The position numbers and the translations under genes were made by a program. From Takakia lepidozioides (Eukaryota > Plantae > Bryophyta), in NCBI GenBank assembly GCA_030704615.1, contig CM060732.1, positions 52,514,001-52,578,000 on the forward strand: a stretch of DNA of 64,000 nucleotides, read 5' to 3'. Positions 47,801 to 61,941 of the stretch are shown piece after piece; position 1 is the first letter of the stretch, and every line of letters begins with the position of its first letter. Under the pieces are notes generated by a model. That model worked only from the letters and a program-made list of their open reading frames with translations. It searched no databases and had not been told where the DNA came from.

Positions 47801-48955
47801 TCATGGGGCCACTCTTGGCTTCTTGAAGGGCTTGAAGCATGCTCTGGAGGCACATTGGCAGAGATTGGAAAGTGGTAGTGCTCATGGTATGGAGCGAGGT
47901 GAGGGAGATGACCTGCAAGCAGATGAAGACTGGGAGCGTTGGGAAGGGGTGGAGGAAGGAGGGAGTGGGGAAGAAGGAGAAGAATATGGAGAGGTGCAGC
48001 TGAAGCTAGAGCTCCGAGACCGGCTGCAAGAGTTGATGGCTGTGTTGCACTCTGTGGCGGCAGCTCGCTCCCGCCTTCCTCTGCACCTGCGCTCCTCTGA
48101 GGAGCAGAATGGAGCCAGGCCCAGTGGAGGACTACTTCAGCAACTCTTATTGCTTGCGTTTTCAAAGGCAGACATTCCAGGCTTGCAGCACCATTCATCC
48201 ACTGTTGGCCGTTTCTTCAAAACTGGGTTTGGCAGATTTGGTCTGGGTCAGGTGCATTCCCCTCAGCCCTCCCAGCAATGAGAAAATGTGGGCTAAAAAC
48301 GGATGACCTTACCTTCTGTATCATATTGCTATCTACACTGATTGTTCTATTGGAGAGGCATGACATATCTTTGCAAAATTGAAGAGTGATCTTGCCACCT
48401 GAGACTCATGAGTTTTGCTTTAGGACCGAAAAAAAATGTGAAGCATTTGACCAGAGCGTGTGAGACTGGGATGACCTAGTTGGCAGAAGTTTCCAGACTA
48501 ACCAAGACTTGTGATGTAGGCAAAGCCTAAGCTTGGTGATCAAAAGGTGCTGCTGGTGTTTGTTATCGGAGGCATCAATGCCGCTGAGGTGTTCTTCTCC
48601 TACCCGCTGGGTTCCATGGATGACAGGGATGCCTTTAGTGCGTAGCACCAAAGAAAGGGAGTGAGTGGATGGGTGGAAAGAGAAATTTCTTATTTTACTG
48701 GGGGAACTGCCTTTGAGAGTTCTTTGGTCCTCTTAATGACTGAGATGTGAGGCAGAGGTAAACACTGATGTGTGGGAGTGGATTGAAGGAGCATGGTTTC
48801 TGATGATGTGATTGTGAAAACAGGTGCGGGAAGTCAGAGAAGCACAAGCTGCAACTTCAGGTGGGGAGGGAGTAGAGGTCTTGATAGGGGGGACAACTCT
48901 TCTCACAGCATCCGACATGTTTGACCTCCTCCTGGGCTCCTGTGGCTCATCCTAG
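44884..48955 (+). CDS. MIP3: Sec1-family domain protein (SCFD2 / MIP3-like); exons 44884-44931, 45193-45336, 45427-45570, 45932-46354, 46628-47338, 47487-48251, 48520-48588, 48824-48955
   Basis: IVYIDAG..CSLEN, RLLSDAHRYILRCL, SAGLLLVDRTLDLITP, VFVIGGIN..EVRE, LIGGTTLLT..DMFDLLLG. Consistent GT-AG phase-0 introns. Confidence 0.9.
46458..46482. repeat. (CT)n microsatellite in intron
   Basis: About 12 CT units. Confidence 0.9.
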
Positions 48956-49571
48956 CTGGTTAGTAGGACATCCTATTTTCATTTTGGGGACAACACAAGC
49001 TCAAGCACTCACAATTTGCTTCTAAGCCAGAGTTGGACTGACATGTCTGGTGCACATGGAATACTGCTTAGGTAAGCTGTTTTACAATGTAGGGATGTCC
49101 TCTGTTAGACAGCCGCATCTATTCCGTAAAGCTCAGAATGTATCACTACTGGGAGCCATTTTATGCTTCCCATTGTAAGATGGGTTCAAAATTTGTGAGA
49201 TTTATCAAGCAAGATGACATAGTTTAACATGTATGGGAATGTGTGAAGTAATCTGCTTCAAAAAAGTTGATGCTCTTTCTCCATATGAAACTCTTAAACC
49301 ATTGTGCTACGACAAACAAAGTCTTATGAGTACATCTTAAACCATTGTGGCACATATTCAACATATATGCACGGTTTATTGTGCCATCAGGTCTTGTTGC
49401 AAATGAATCAAAATACTTCAGGCGTTTGCATTTCAAATGTTCAAACCAAGCATCTTCGGAAGGTGAGTTTATAAATATTCAAAACATGAAAATACAGTTT
49501 TCAATTGGGGTGAGCACAACCCACGGTCATGGGAGTTTTATGTTTTTCTAACCTCGGTCATAGGAGTTATA

Positions 49572-51191
49572 TCTTTCCAATAAGTGGGTATAGAGGACCG
49601 ATGCATATATATGGTACATCTGTGCCAATTTCCGCGAGGCGAAAACTTCAGTAGAGTAGCCAGGAATCTTCAGCGACGAGTTTCGCATTGAGGAAGACGT
49701 GGTGATATGGGCACAAACCTATGCAGTGGTGGGTTTCGCATTGAGAAACGGTATTTGAGATAGACGTGGTGATATGGACATTAACACGGTTCCAGTGCCT
49801 CTTTGTGGGCACGGAAGTGTCCATAGTGTAGAAGCATGGCACTGCTAGACAAGAGTTTAGTGTTGATAAGTGTTTTTTTGTCATGTCGAATGAGTTCAAT
49901 CCCTCACTTTATATCCCTCCATATTTGTTCAACATGATTCATTGTTTCGGACACCATCGTGGTTATATTATAGTTTCATGTTGAGAAACCTATTTTTACG
50001 GCGAATGAGTTTCAATAACTCACATCAGCACCCTCCTTAGTGGCTCGGAAGGGTGCAGTTTGTAGAAACAGGACACCGCCCGAAAAGAGTTTCGTGCTGA
50101 GAAACTATTTTTTCATGTCGAATGACTTTGAATTCCTCCGGTTCGACCTCTTCATATGGGTTAATCAGGATGCCGGCTTTACTGAGAAAATGGTTTTGTG
50201 TGGTGAAAATATTTTGTAATGGCTAGGGTATTCAAATCCCTCACTTCATATCCTTCCATTTCTGTTCAATAGGATGGATGTTATTTCGTTTCGCATTGCG
50301 AAATGCATTTTGTTTCGTCAATGACTTCATAGAATCGAGGTTTTACTCCAGGGATAATGTAGACAAGAGTTAAACAATTGTGAAATGCCCATTTTGCGGC
50401 CACAATTTGCAGATTTCCATGTCCAGATATCTCCCTATGGTGTCCTAAAAAGGACGGTTTGACCTACGAAACACTGACAGGCAAAGGTTTCGTCTTGAGA
50501 AATTCTTTTGTTGTGGAGACTGAATTCAAATCGCTCAACTTTCCGACACAATCACTCTCAAATAAGAGTTTCGTTTGAGAAATGCTTTGGTCATGGTGTA
50601 AGTGTTCAAATGCGTCAGCTCAAATCCCTCCACATTGATTTAAATGATGCAGGTTTTACAACCAAAACAATGGTTTCGTTTCACGAAACTCAATTTGTTT
50701 CACGGAATGAGTTGAAATCCCTTACTTTATATAGTTCCCAATCGGCTTGAAAGGATCAAGGTTTTAGAACCCAATCCATGTCAGATAAGAGTTTCGTGTT
50801 GAGAAATGTTTTTGTTTGCGCAGTAGGAGTTTACTTCCTTAATTCATTATCCCCTCGCTATATGACTGTAAGGATGCAAGTTTTAAATGGAAACCACTAA
50901 TTTATCAGGTTGTGTGGTACATATTCCTTCCGTGAGAAATTAGCTATGGGCGAGGACCTGCAATTTCAGTTGAAGCCTCACTGCATACTCTCGTGCCTGA
51001 TATGGAGAAACGCCATGCCTATAGGGTAACATGCTCATCGGGTATAGGGGCTATGTGTTATTTATGTGTAAGTTAGTTTCGCATAGTTTTTAGTTTTGCC
51101 AAATTCGTTTCGCAATGGAAATTTCGCGGAAATTTTGTGCAAATTCTGGGAATATGCCCTTATGCTCACGCGCTACCCAACCTCCTACTAG
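49572..51191 (+). mobile_element. Putative non-autonomous Helitron-like element with an internal degenerate tandem array
   Basis: A|TC start and CTAG|T end. Subterminal inverted 11-mer AATTTCCGCGA (49627-49637 and 51124-51134). GTTTCG-N3/4-GAGAAA motif recurs about 9 times. Confidence 0.45.
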
Positions 51192-52745
51192 TATACAGAT
51201 TGTGGACTAAATCAAAGACCAAGCATATCATGGTATATATAGACTTCATTACTTCAGAAATCAGTCTGGTATGAATAAAATGAGTCAAGAAAATCTTCAA
51301 TCTGGGACGAGTATGAGTAGTTGATTAGCTGTTACCAGTTGTATAGACATGCACAATTCGGAAAGAAACAAATGGTAAAACGTGGTAGAAAATACTACAA
51401 AGTCCAAATGACCAATTGATCGCAATCTTCAATCTTCTCCATTAAACCTCCTCCATGAAAGTGAAAGTATTCAAAGCATTCATTGAGCCACACCTAGGAT
51501 GTGTAACTGGAAGGAATACTAGGGTGGTCTCCTCCAACTGGGGGGGAGTACTGGTCTCCAACAACAACGAAATCAATGAAGACCCGACCGGTTTGGTAGA
51601 TTTTGGGGTATCCTTAGGGTTATTTGGAACAACCTGTTTTAATCCATAGTGTGCTACTAAGTGGATATGAGGCTGGTCTGGTTTTTCATACTAGTGCATA
51701 TACCAGGTGAAGGCCTATATACTGGTGTGACATTGGAGCACATATACATCCACCAAAAATTCAAGGAGTGGATACCTCATTGTGCGAATTTTATGTGTAT
51801 GAACACTGGGTGCAAAGTACAAAGCTGCATGCACCATTGTTTGATACACATAGCACATGAGTGTGAGAAGGTGTTGATGAGATGGTTGGATGTACCAAAA
51901 CGCATCCCACCATCCCTGGTTTTGAATCTCCCAGGGCCCATATATATGTTGTAGAACCCTAACACTGCCCTGGGTTCAAAAGAGAGAAGGCTCCAGCTGA
52001 AACCAGAAACCAGCATAAATAAGAGTCACTTCCCCCGGCAAGAAGGTGCTGCCCCTGGGTGGGGGAGGGGGGGGGGCTTCTATCCTTTCCTTGATGAAAT
52101 CTAGTGTCCATTAATTTCCTTACTGTACTTGGTTTTTTGCCTGTGAATTCCCAGTGCAATACTAATATATGCGGTTAATGGAATGGATAAGCAAGATAAA
52201 GACGAGCGAAATTCTACGGGGATGGCATTAACTGGTACTGTGATGAAATTTTATAACCTTGTGTTGCATCCTTGCCACAGTAATATGCAGTGATGTTAAG
52301 GTGATACACCTCCGAGTGTCATTTGTCTGATAATGATAATTTCCAATACATTTGCTTCATTGCCACTGCCAAGTAACATTTACTCACAGTGGTAGAAGTG
52401 CAGCTGTTGCAAATGAGAACAAGCTCTCCAAATCTGATAACAAGCGCCTGGTGCCTAGAAGACCATTTCATTTAAACACTCGCCACAAGATTCAGCAAAA
52501 CTGTTCCATCCATATTAAGAGGATTGTCGGATGTAGCGAGACACTGAATTCTTCAATCATCTTATCTCCATTGACATGCGTCACCTATCTTTCAAGCCCC
52601 AATTGTCCAACACCCCACAATATGCCTTGCTTTTAAGCTATGACCTAAGTACTACTTTGCAATATCCCTAAGATTCCCTGCTCTACTTGGGAGGTAATTT
52701 GGCAGTCTCGGAAACTTTCCTGTATGTTGATAAACCATGTGCCCT

Positions 52746-54445
52746 TCAATCATCGAGCCAACCTCGACCTTGACATGCAGGACACCCGCGGCCTCCTGAA
52801 CATGTTGAACAATATTTCCATTTTTTTGCAAGTCTGCAACCGAAAATTAGCTATTAATCAACACAAGGCAACAGAAATCTTCAGAAAAAGATGTCAGATA
52901 GGTTACAACTTACAACCTTCAAGGACTACCTATGATGTAGGAGATACCTTGCAGCTCCACAACTTACCCAGAAGTGTACCGAGTGGCAGCATCCAGAGCT
53001 TTGGCTCGTGCCTTGGCTGCCGCCTCTGGAGATAGATTTTTGTTGAGAAAGCCCTCACCATTACATGCAGGGCATAGGCCTGACCCATTGCACTCTTCAC
53101 ACTCCTGCAAACTCAATAAAGGCTGTAGTCAGTCTTCTAATGAAATTACCTCTGTGTGGCTCCGATCATTCATGTGCGACCACAAGACAATGGTCTTTGC
53201 CACGGCAATTCCTGCACTTAACTGCCTGCAAAACGCTATAAGCCACGGGAAGGCGAGGAGCGAAGATGGGAGTCACTGAATGAGACAAAACCTCATCAAT
53301 CAGTTTATACAACCAAACTGAGTTCACTGTCAATAATCAAGACAACAGAAAAATAGTGTGCCTCCTCACCTTCTTCACTTGCAGGCTTGCAATTTTCTTT
53401 TTGTTCTCTCTTGCAAGAGTAGTAACTGCAGCTCCTACCACAAACAGGGCGACTGCTGCTGTCACTGCTGTTGGCAATCCTGCAACCACCATTGTGCGTC
53501 CTTGCTGCTGCTTACCAGCTGCATATCCCCTTCTGTATGCATGCATCCGATCCAGCCCACTCCATTCAGACTTGAGCTGCACTCTTGGCCTCAAGACAAC
53601 TTAAACCTGTTCCTTCGGAGAGCAGATAAATCTTGACGGAGCCTGGGGTCTGCCACTTGGACCTCGAACACAAAGAAATGAAACCCTACACCACTCAATC
53701 AAAACACGTAACATAAATTATGAATTACCTAGCAAAGTGATGGGCACACAGAGGTGTGTGGTCATAGAAGGACAGCTATGTGTTCACCTTGGTGTTGATA
53801 AGAGCTCCCCACTCTGCAAGGCACCAGAGACAAAGCCTTCATCCATCATGTGCCTCTCACTGTGCCACAATGGCTCTCAAAAGCAAAGAGAAAAAGACAC
53901 AGCATGCCCTTTTAAGAACCTCCCCTCCCCCCGCCACTACATCTCTCTTACAACCTCGAACCCAGATCCAGCAGGAAGACCACTGAACTAAAACCTTCAG
54001 CTGCAGAGCAGTCCGCCATACCGTAATCAGACCTTTCGTCCACGCCTGCACCGGGATCCCTGTTTGTCTTCGAGAAACATCACAACCTGCATCATCTCCA
54101 CCGATACATCAAAGACACATTCGCTGCAACCCAACTTCCTTACAGCCTAGAGGGGAGAGACGCAAATTGGCGAGAAGCCAAAACAGAGGAGGGGTATATC
54201 TCTTGTGCAATGATCAGTCCAAACTGCGAATCAGTACGTATATTCAGTGCAAGAATGCACGAATCAGCTCCACAGCTGCTAGTATTCTGCGGGCTAGCAA
54301 AGCAACATTGTTCTGCAGGTGGGTTATGCAGTTTCACAAAATCCTTACATCGGAAAGACAACACGTCGCGTCCAGAGCTGCAGGAAATAAATGGGTGTGG
54401 TCCAACTGTAGTGGGCGTCCCCATAATTCCGAAAGCCATGGCCAT
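52746..54445 (-). CDS. DnaJ/Hsp40 cysteine-rich zinc-finger protein (DnaJ-E type, probably plastid-targeted, one TM helix); 5' exons tentative
   Basis: Exon 53104-52968 CEECNGSGLCPACNGEG..ATRYTSG and exon 52833-52746 LAKKWKYCSTCSGGRGCPACQGRG*. Hydrophobic AVALFVVGAAVTTL in the upstream exon. Confidence 0.8.
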
Positions 54446-55381
54446 TGCCACAGCGCAGCATAAGACAGTGAAGAGCAGGTAACTTCAGAGAAGAATGCTG
54501 GAGGAGTGGGCACATGTTTTGCAACCATATCTACAAAGGATATTCTTCCGCTGAGTTTTTTCGTTCGTCCATCCAATTCGTGGGCCGGTACTAACTACTA
54601 ACTTCTGGCGCAATACAGTAGTTTGAACATTAGGGTTCAATAAAATCCAGGTACTATTTGATCCTTCACGGTACATCAGGGGGTGATGAAGACAAAGCTG
54701 TGATCTTGGAGGCTGGATGGTGCAGCTCCTGTTCAGTGTTGGAGATATCACAGTTGCTGAGTTTGGATCAGGCACCATGATTTATGATGTGCGGGAATTC
54801 AGACGAGCACAAGCTGAGTGGCAGGTGGAGAGGGAGTGTGGATCGCAAACCGAAGTTTTTGACTACTTGCTGGGCTCTTGCGGCTCTTTATAGCTGGTAC
54901 TTCATCTTTTTCCTTTCCGGGACTGCGAAGTCTTTATGAAGCATTGAACTGGAGAAAAAATGATTTCACGAATCATTTTCAGGGTGATATGCTACCTAGC
55001 AATGTAAAGACTACCCGGGCTTTTACTGTCATGCCGCTTCAACCCCTTGTGGCTGGCGATCTTCTTGGCCAGTATGCATGGCCATCAACTGTATTTATGA
55101 TCTGGCTTGGAAATTTGCAAACTCTGCATGTAAGCAGGGATGTTCTTGCAGATGTGTCACCTTCACACATTTATGCTCAACAAGGGCCGACATTTCTGCC
55201 CGGGATGTTGCAGTCGAATCATTGTTATCAAAGGTCCTTAGTTAGCCCTTGGTAATGATGAGAGCACTCTACTGTGAAACAGGGTATTTTGTTCCTGCAA
55301 AAGCTCTCCAAAACAAAAAAATTCCGTACCTGGCTACTACCTGTCTTCGCCCAACAGTACTACCATCTGCCTGAGACGAGT

Positions 55382-58300
55382 ATGGGCAAGCGGAGAACAA
55401 GTGGGGAGGCGCTTCCCCCCTCTGACGCCAAAGATGATAACCTCGACCCTCACCCTGACAAGCAGCAGCAGCAAACAGCTAAAGGCAAGGGCATGTTGAG
55501 GGATGAGGATATGGTTGCGGAAGATCCTGAAGAGAAAGCTGCCAGTGAGCAGGTTTGTGGCATATGTTTCACAGAGGGGGGTGAAGAGAGGGGACAATTG
55601 GATTGTTGTGATCACTATTTTTGCTTTGGATGCATCATGGAATGGGCGAAGGTGGAGTCACGCTGCCCTATGTGTAAGCAACGCTTTGTCACTATCGTAC
55701 GCCCCCCTCTGCCAGGTGTGGCTCGCAGCCGGCCGCGAACGTTCCGCATTCCTCTCCGTGACCAAGTACCTCCTGACCTCAAATGACTTACTGCTGCTTA
55801 TCTTCCAGGATTATGAACTTGTGTCTTCTACTTATTGTTGGAGTCAATCATATGGAAGATGCTGACCATTCTACATATTTCTGTTTACCTTTCTCCCTTG
55901 ATTTTCTGGCGCACTAGTTCTGATCTGCTCCAGAGCAACAGGACACAAAGTAAAATGGTAGCATTGACTGACCTTTCTACTTACAGCAATTCAAACTTGC
56001 AACTCCATCCCTTCAACAGTCTAACACTTTCATGCCAGACTCTCAGACCACAGTAGCATGTCTGACTGTCCATCAATAGAACAGGTACTAAGTAACTAGA
56101 CTGTCCCTTGTCAAGCAACTGATCAGAGTATCTAAATTACAGTAGAAAAAGATCTGGCAGGAAAGAGTAAGAACAGACATGTTGTGACAGGAAGAGGTAC
56201 TTGTTTAGTAACACGTATGACAGTGTACTGAAGATAAAAATATGATTACTTAAGACAGAATTCATTGGTAACAGTACAAAGTATTTTTTATGTTGGTCCT
56301 CATGATCCTTTCCTCCTTTGAAATGCCTAGTTCTCAGTATTGGTGGGTTTGTGTGTGGTAGGTTTATGAGCCATCAGAGGAAGAGATGCAAAATTTTATA
56401 GACCCGTATGAGAACACAGCGTGCAGTGAGTGCCAAGAGGCAGGGGATGAGGGGCTATTGCTCTTGTGTGACACTTGCGATGCAGCAGCCCACACCTATT
56501 GTGTGGGCCTTGGTCGCATTGTGCCACGTGGTGATTGGTTTTGCCGAGCATGCTCTTTAATGGATGCACATGACATGGGCGATGAGGTAGGGGAGGAGCA
56601 CAGCCCCAACTCTCAGCTCACTATGCTTGTTACTCCAGTGCGCCGCACTCAGCGTCAGGCCCGTCAGAGCCATCAGGCCCATCAGGTCCTTCAGTCGCAT
56701 CAGTCCCATCAATCCCATCAGGCCTCTCTGGCCCGTCAGGCCCGTCTGGCACGAAGAAGGCTCAATGAAGTTGTACCACCCTCTGTGGCCCGTCAGGCCC
56801 GTCTAGCACGAAGAAGGCTCAATGAAGTTGTACCTTCTCATGTTCGTTCTCCAGTTGTCAGAACTCCTTTGCATCCGTCATCCAATACAAGGAGACGTGT
56901 CTTTTCATCTTTGGTGGATTCCTCTGCAGGCGGTGCCAGGACCTTGTCCCAACGACGTCGACTACGTCAAAGGATAGAGGACATGCGCGACAACTGGGAC
57001 CATATACGGAGAGGGGATGTACAATTTGCTACCTCTCTGATTGCACCTGCTCCATCCACTTCACGTGCTGTTCAAAGTGTTGCTAACTTGCATAGTGTTA
57101 CTCCATCTGACTCTGCTCCCACAAGAGCCTCACATGGTGCACTTGATACGGATGTTGCCCAGGCATGGACAATGCTAGAGCAGGCCAGAGCCTTGAGAGA
57201 TGACGGGGGAAGTGATGTGTCCAACCGTCAACAAGATTGTATTGTTCCCAGGAACAGGGATAATTCTCAAGGTGCACCTGTCAGGAGTAGTTTGGGGAGT
57301 GAGTTGTTGTTTAAGGACGCTAGAGCAAGTGAAGGAAGAGATAGCACTTCAAGGCAAGGCAATTGGAGAGACCACCCTACAACAAGTGCTCATGCAGGAA
57401 ATAGCTCAAGAGAGGGTCCTGATGGTCGAACGAGGGACTATGCCCGAAACAACAGCCAAACTAGGGGCAACCGGATGGGAATTCGCTCAACACCAAGCAA
57501 CCCCAGGGGGATTGTGAGCACGTCCAGTATGTTAGATGAACAAGATAGTGCTGGATTTGGAACAGATACAACTGCTGTGCTGAAGGAACAAGAAACATCA
57601 TCATTGAGGCAAATGGAGCAGCAGTTGAATGAGCAAGGACTTGTTGCACACATAAGTGGAGGAATGATGCTTCCAAAAAGTGAAGAACATGGTGGCTCAA
57701 CTGTGGGTCATCATGAAGCTGGTGCAGGGAAGGAGAGCAAGCTTCAAGACATGAAAGATCAAGTTCTCAGTCTGGTGAAGATGGAGCTTAAACCTTTGTT
57801 TCGGTCAGGCCACATTGGTAAGTTCATGTCAAGAATCTAAATCTCTTTCACCTTGTGTGTGTCTTAATGGTTTTTCCTCTCTCATGTAATAATTTCCCCC
57901 CCCTCTCTCTTTGTATGTTTCATTTGATCACGAGAGCTTGCACAGAATTATCTCTGCCACATCTGTGGCAAGCTGATGGATTCAAGGTAGTGCTGGAGCC
58001 AAGCACATGATTTCCATGCCCACCCATTAGTCAATACTCGATTCCTGTAACCACATGGTTGTTAGATATGCATGAGGATTTTGTCAATTTCGGGTTGACT
58101 GCTATGTACGTTGGGGATTGAAGCCCCGTGGGCTTGGGGAGGGTTATCACCCTGGTGCCTGTAGCATGAAGGGTATGTCATAGAACATTGTCCGCAAGAT
58201 GATTCAACCAACTTTCTTTTTCACACACTCATCCCTCCTCACCAACATACTCTCACACACCTGTTAACGTTGCACTGCTTTCTTCATGTGCAGACAAGCA

Positions 58301-58535
58301 GCAGCACAAGAAAATAGCTTGGTCAGCAACGCAGACTCTTTTGGCTGCTTTGGTACCAGGATATCAAGGGCCAGATGGATCAGTGTCCGGCAGTTTGATC
58401 TGTAGTCACACGTTGTCAGCATCATCCAACTCTTTGCTGCCAGGCTGTTGCAGTCCCTGTCTGCACCACCACATAAATAAAGTTGTAGGATCTTTGGTAA
58501 AGAAAATTGTAGGCTCTAGATCCAGGCCCTCATAG
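55382..58535 (+). CDS. RING + PHD finger protein (PHRF1-like); exons 55382-55765, 56362-57817, 58294-58535
   Basis: RING CGIC..CCDHYFCFGCIMEW..CPMCK and PHD CSEC..LLLCDTCDAAAHTYCVGL..GDWFCRAC. Phase-consistent GT-AG introns; internal 60-bp coding duplication at ~56720-56835. Confidence 0.92.
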
Positions 58536-58639
58536 TGAACCTAAACAGTTCTTATTGTTAGTATCAGGCAGTCTTTTTCCTTAGCAGGGAATGGAAGACT
58601 ATTCTTCCCGGTTGTTGGAAAGCTACAGGAGCTTTGGTG

Positions 58640-59660
58640 GCCTTGTGCAAGGCTATGGTTGAAGCTATGGCTTTCAGGCACTATGAGCAGATGCAACAGG
58701 AGGGGGAGACACCATACATGGTTATGTTTGGTTTGTGTGTGCAATCTTTGTGCCAGCCTAGTGGGGAAGGGCAAAGACGTCGAAACCGAATCACTGAAAG
58801 TCGAATTGCACCCATTCTAGAGACCCTTGTTGACATGAATACCAAATGCGGGAGCATGAATGATGTGCATCAAGTGTTCAACAATATGGCTGAGCAAGAC
58901 AATTGCAGTATATGCTCAGCATGAATGTGCTAAGGAAGCTTTTAAGATCTATGAACAAATGCAACATAAAGAGGTGGGCCCCAATTGTCAAATTTCTTTC
59001 TATTTAAATGCATTTGCAGCCCTTGGAAAAGGGCACGGAGGTCCATGTCAAAATCATCCAAGCTGGAATCGTGCGACGTATCAAATTGGAGCTTGCCTTG
59101 CTGATAAATGGGCTAACCTCGGGAGCATGAAGGATACTCATTCAGTGTTCCAGAAAATGACTCAACTAAGTGTGGTCGCATGTTGTGCAATGCTCACAGG
59201 ATATGCTCAACATGCCTTTGGTAGGGAGGCCCTGCAACTGTTTGCACAAATGAACTGGAAGGCTTGAAGCCGAGTGGTACTAGGTTGCCAGTATTTGGAG
59301 TGTGTGAGTTGAGATAATGGCATTACCCCTACAGTGGAGCATGTAAGCTGTATGGTGGATGTTTTTGTCTGTGCAGGGATTAGATGAGGCAGCGTTAATG
59401 GAAACCAGATATTGCAGCGGGGGGAGGGCCATGCTTGGTGCTTGCAGAATTCATGGTGATGTGGGCCTAGCAGAACACAAAAAGCATGCTCAAGAGTGAT
59501 CCACAGCAGGTTGCAGCTTACAGGCTGCTGATCATCTATGGTGTGGTTGACATAGGGAAGACACAAGTTGAATTCAAGTTGACCGTGGTCGATTTTGAAA
59601 GACCGAACTTCGAATTTGAGGGTTGAGCTTCCACTAGACATCAAACGCCATAGTAGCCAT
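58640..59660 (+). pseudogene. PLS-class pentatricopeptide repeat (PPR-E-like) pseudogene
   Basis: LVDMNTKCGSMNDVHQVFNNM, AMLTGYAQHAFGREALQLFAQM, GITPTVEHVSCMVDVF, GACRIHGDVGLAE; many frameshifts and stops. Confidence 0.8.
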
Positions 59661-61398
59661 GTTCAATTGCACAAGTTTTGCACACTCCCTGAAGTGCCCT
59701 ATTTTTCATGTGAGTGTGCTAAACTTGAGTTTCGGCCACGAGGATGGCTGGCAGTTTCAAGTGGAGCAATGCCAATCATCAGGGCTATTTCAGCCTAGAT
59801 CTTTACACAATAACATTGTTTCATACATGCAGCTGGCCCACAAGCAGCTTACACACCTTGTATGATCATGCCGACCACTGGCTTAACCTGCAAAAGAGCA
59901 GGATTTTAGATGGTCAGATAGAAAGGGGATGCGAAGTCATGCTTGTGTCTCACATGGATTGACGGGTCTCTTAACTGGGTGATACAACACCCTCTTAAAG
60001 GAGCAACTGTGGAGGTTAGGTGAGGGTTTAAGCATGAAACATTTGCTGCTGTCAGCTACAATCCAACTCTCCAATTTGACCTCCTCTCTCTCTGTCCAGT
60101 GCTGCAATGCATTGCGCTGTGGGAGGACACACTATGATGGTGTCCCTGAAACTGTGGGGGAGTACAATGGCAGGATATTCATGTGCTTGTGAAGACTGGA
60201 GATTCAGTACAGTGGAAAAGGAACCCTTGGAATGTATGGTCGGGCTCTTTATGCTGGCACGGACAAAGCCGATTGCTCCCCCACATGTGGACTGCCTCAC
60301 CAGACCAAAGTGATAGATACTGCGCATCCTTTGGTGTTACACCTTGTCCTAAACCAAGCATCAGTCATCGTGGCACATCACCTAGGTTGGATCCAATGTG
60401 GTGTGCGGCAATGGTATGTATGGCAAGATGCAAAACATACCACAGTTGGATCCTTATACGTAACGCCACGTTGGCAAAGGGGCCCATTTTTGGGCCCCTT
60501 TGCAAGAAAAAAACAGAGATTCTGTATTTTGCTTTTTTGGATGACGGAATGAAGGTCAATGGACCTGTCAGTTCCAGGCCTTCATCCCCACGGGATGAAG
60601 CATCAAAGAAGACAAGAACTGCTGAAATTGGACAAAACCAGAGCAACTGCTGCACGTGGTCAATTGTGGGTGGGGGGGGGGGGTTTCAATTTTTGGTGTT
60701 GTGGACAATTTGCAAACAAAGGGGATAATTGCATCTGTCATTGTGTTGCTTTGCAGGACCAGCAGTATGCTGTCTCCTTGTGAGTATACGACCCATTGGT
60801 AGCCCCTAACCCAAGCTCCCAGCTTGTTTGGAGTACCTATACTGTACTTGCTAAGCAGCCTGCCTAATTTCAGGACAGGGCAGCTCCTACCAAACTTGAT
60901 ATTCAGAGCAGGTACTGATTGCAGCCCTTGTCTATCTTTGCAGCATCCCAAAAAACCCCACACATTCCCCTCATACACAACTGTGTGGATGGGATTTGAA
61001 CCCAAGCATATCTGCCCCTTTAGCAGCCCACACATACATACAAGGAGGGGGAATTCCCGCAGGGGAATGCCCCATCCTTGTTTGCACCCCTGTTTGGCTG
61101 GGACTAACACCTACAGGCATGACTCATAAGGCACCATCAACCAAAGACAGAAAGTGAACAAAGAAACAAAGTAAACAAACATTGACCACGCAAAGCCAAG
61201 CAAGACTGAGGTGCTCTTATCATAGCTGCAGTCCCTCATGTATCACAAGTTCCCAATTGATCTACAGCCTCACAAGTCATTGCTGCAGTTCATGTCCTAG
61301 CTGCAGCTCCGAGTCTACATCTGAAAACAAACAAAATTCGCAGCTCCTGTCATAGCTGCAGTTCCTAAGCCAATATGCTACCCCAAAGCCTCATGTCA

Positions 61399-61939
61399 GG
61401 TAGCTTAGTGGGACTTAGTGGGGGTGGCATAGGACTCACCATGGGGGCGGAGACCTTGTGGTGGGAGTCGTGGGGAGTCGTGGGGAGTCTTGGGACTCAT
61501 CACGGTCCAAGGGGACCGTGGTAGGTGGGCCAAGACTCACCGCGACTCATCACCGGGAATCGAGGGTTTTCGTGGTGGTTCGCCATAAAATGGTGGTGTT
61601 GTTTGTGAAACCCCCGCGGACAGTCACAGAAGTATATATAGGGAGTAGTAACCCCGAGAACGGTGCAAGCCCGTTGGTGTCCAAAAACTAGTGGGTAAGC
61701 GTGCGAGCCGGAAAGCGACCAAGGTGTGGGGAGCTATTCCGGACTGCCATCGACCAAAGGGAATTTCCACTAGGCCCAAATTGGGAGAGGGTCTAGTGGA
61801 GGAGTAATGGGGGACCGTTATGCCCCGGTGAGCAGCCGAAGCTCCGAGTTGGCCCGGCGGCCAGTTTGGGAGTCAGGCGCGCGCATCAAGCGAGTAACTA
61901 TGACTTGAAGGGGAGCTTACCAAAGTGAGGTGCACGACA
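61399..61939 (+). repeat. Partial 5' LTR of the same chromovirus family as 1-4452
   Basis: Matches 3921-4452 and ends in ...GCACGACA. Confidence 0.92.
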
Positions 61940-61941
61940 CT

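Noticed and set aside
49660-50830. CRISPR-like array of palindromic repeats
   Set aside because: Repeats are degenerate, intervening sequences resemble each other, there are no cas genes and the context is eukaryotic.
60119-60552. Faint resemblance to a USP/C19 peptidase C-terminal region (CSPTC..LVLHL..VAHHLG..WYVWQD)
   Set aside because: The catalytic GHY motif is absent and the frame is interrupted; too weak without a profile search.
61200-61398. Short CATAGCTGCAGT-type repeats as an LTR start
   Set aside because: They do not match the LTR 5' end at 2830; probably part of the sequence the LTR element inserted into.
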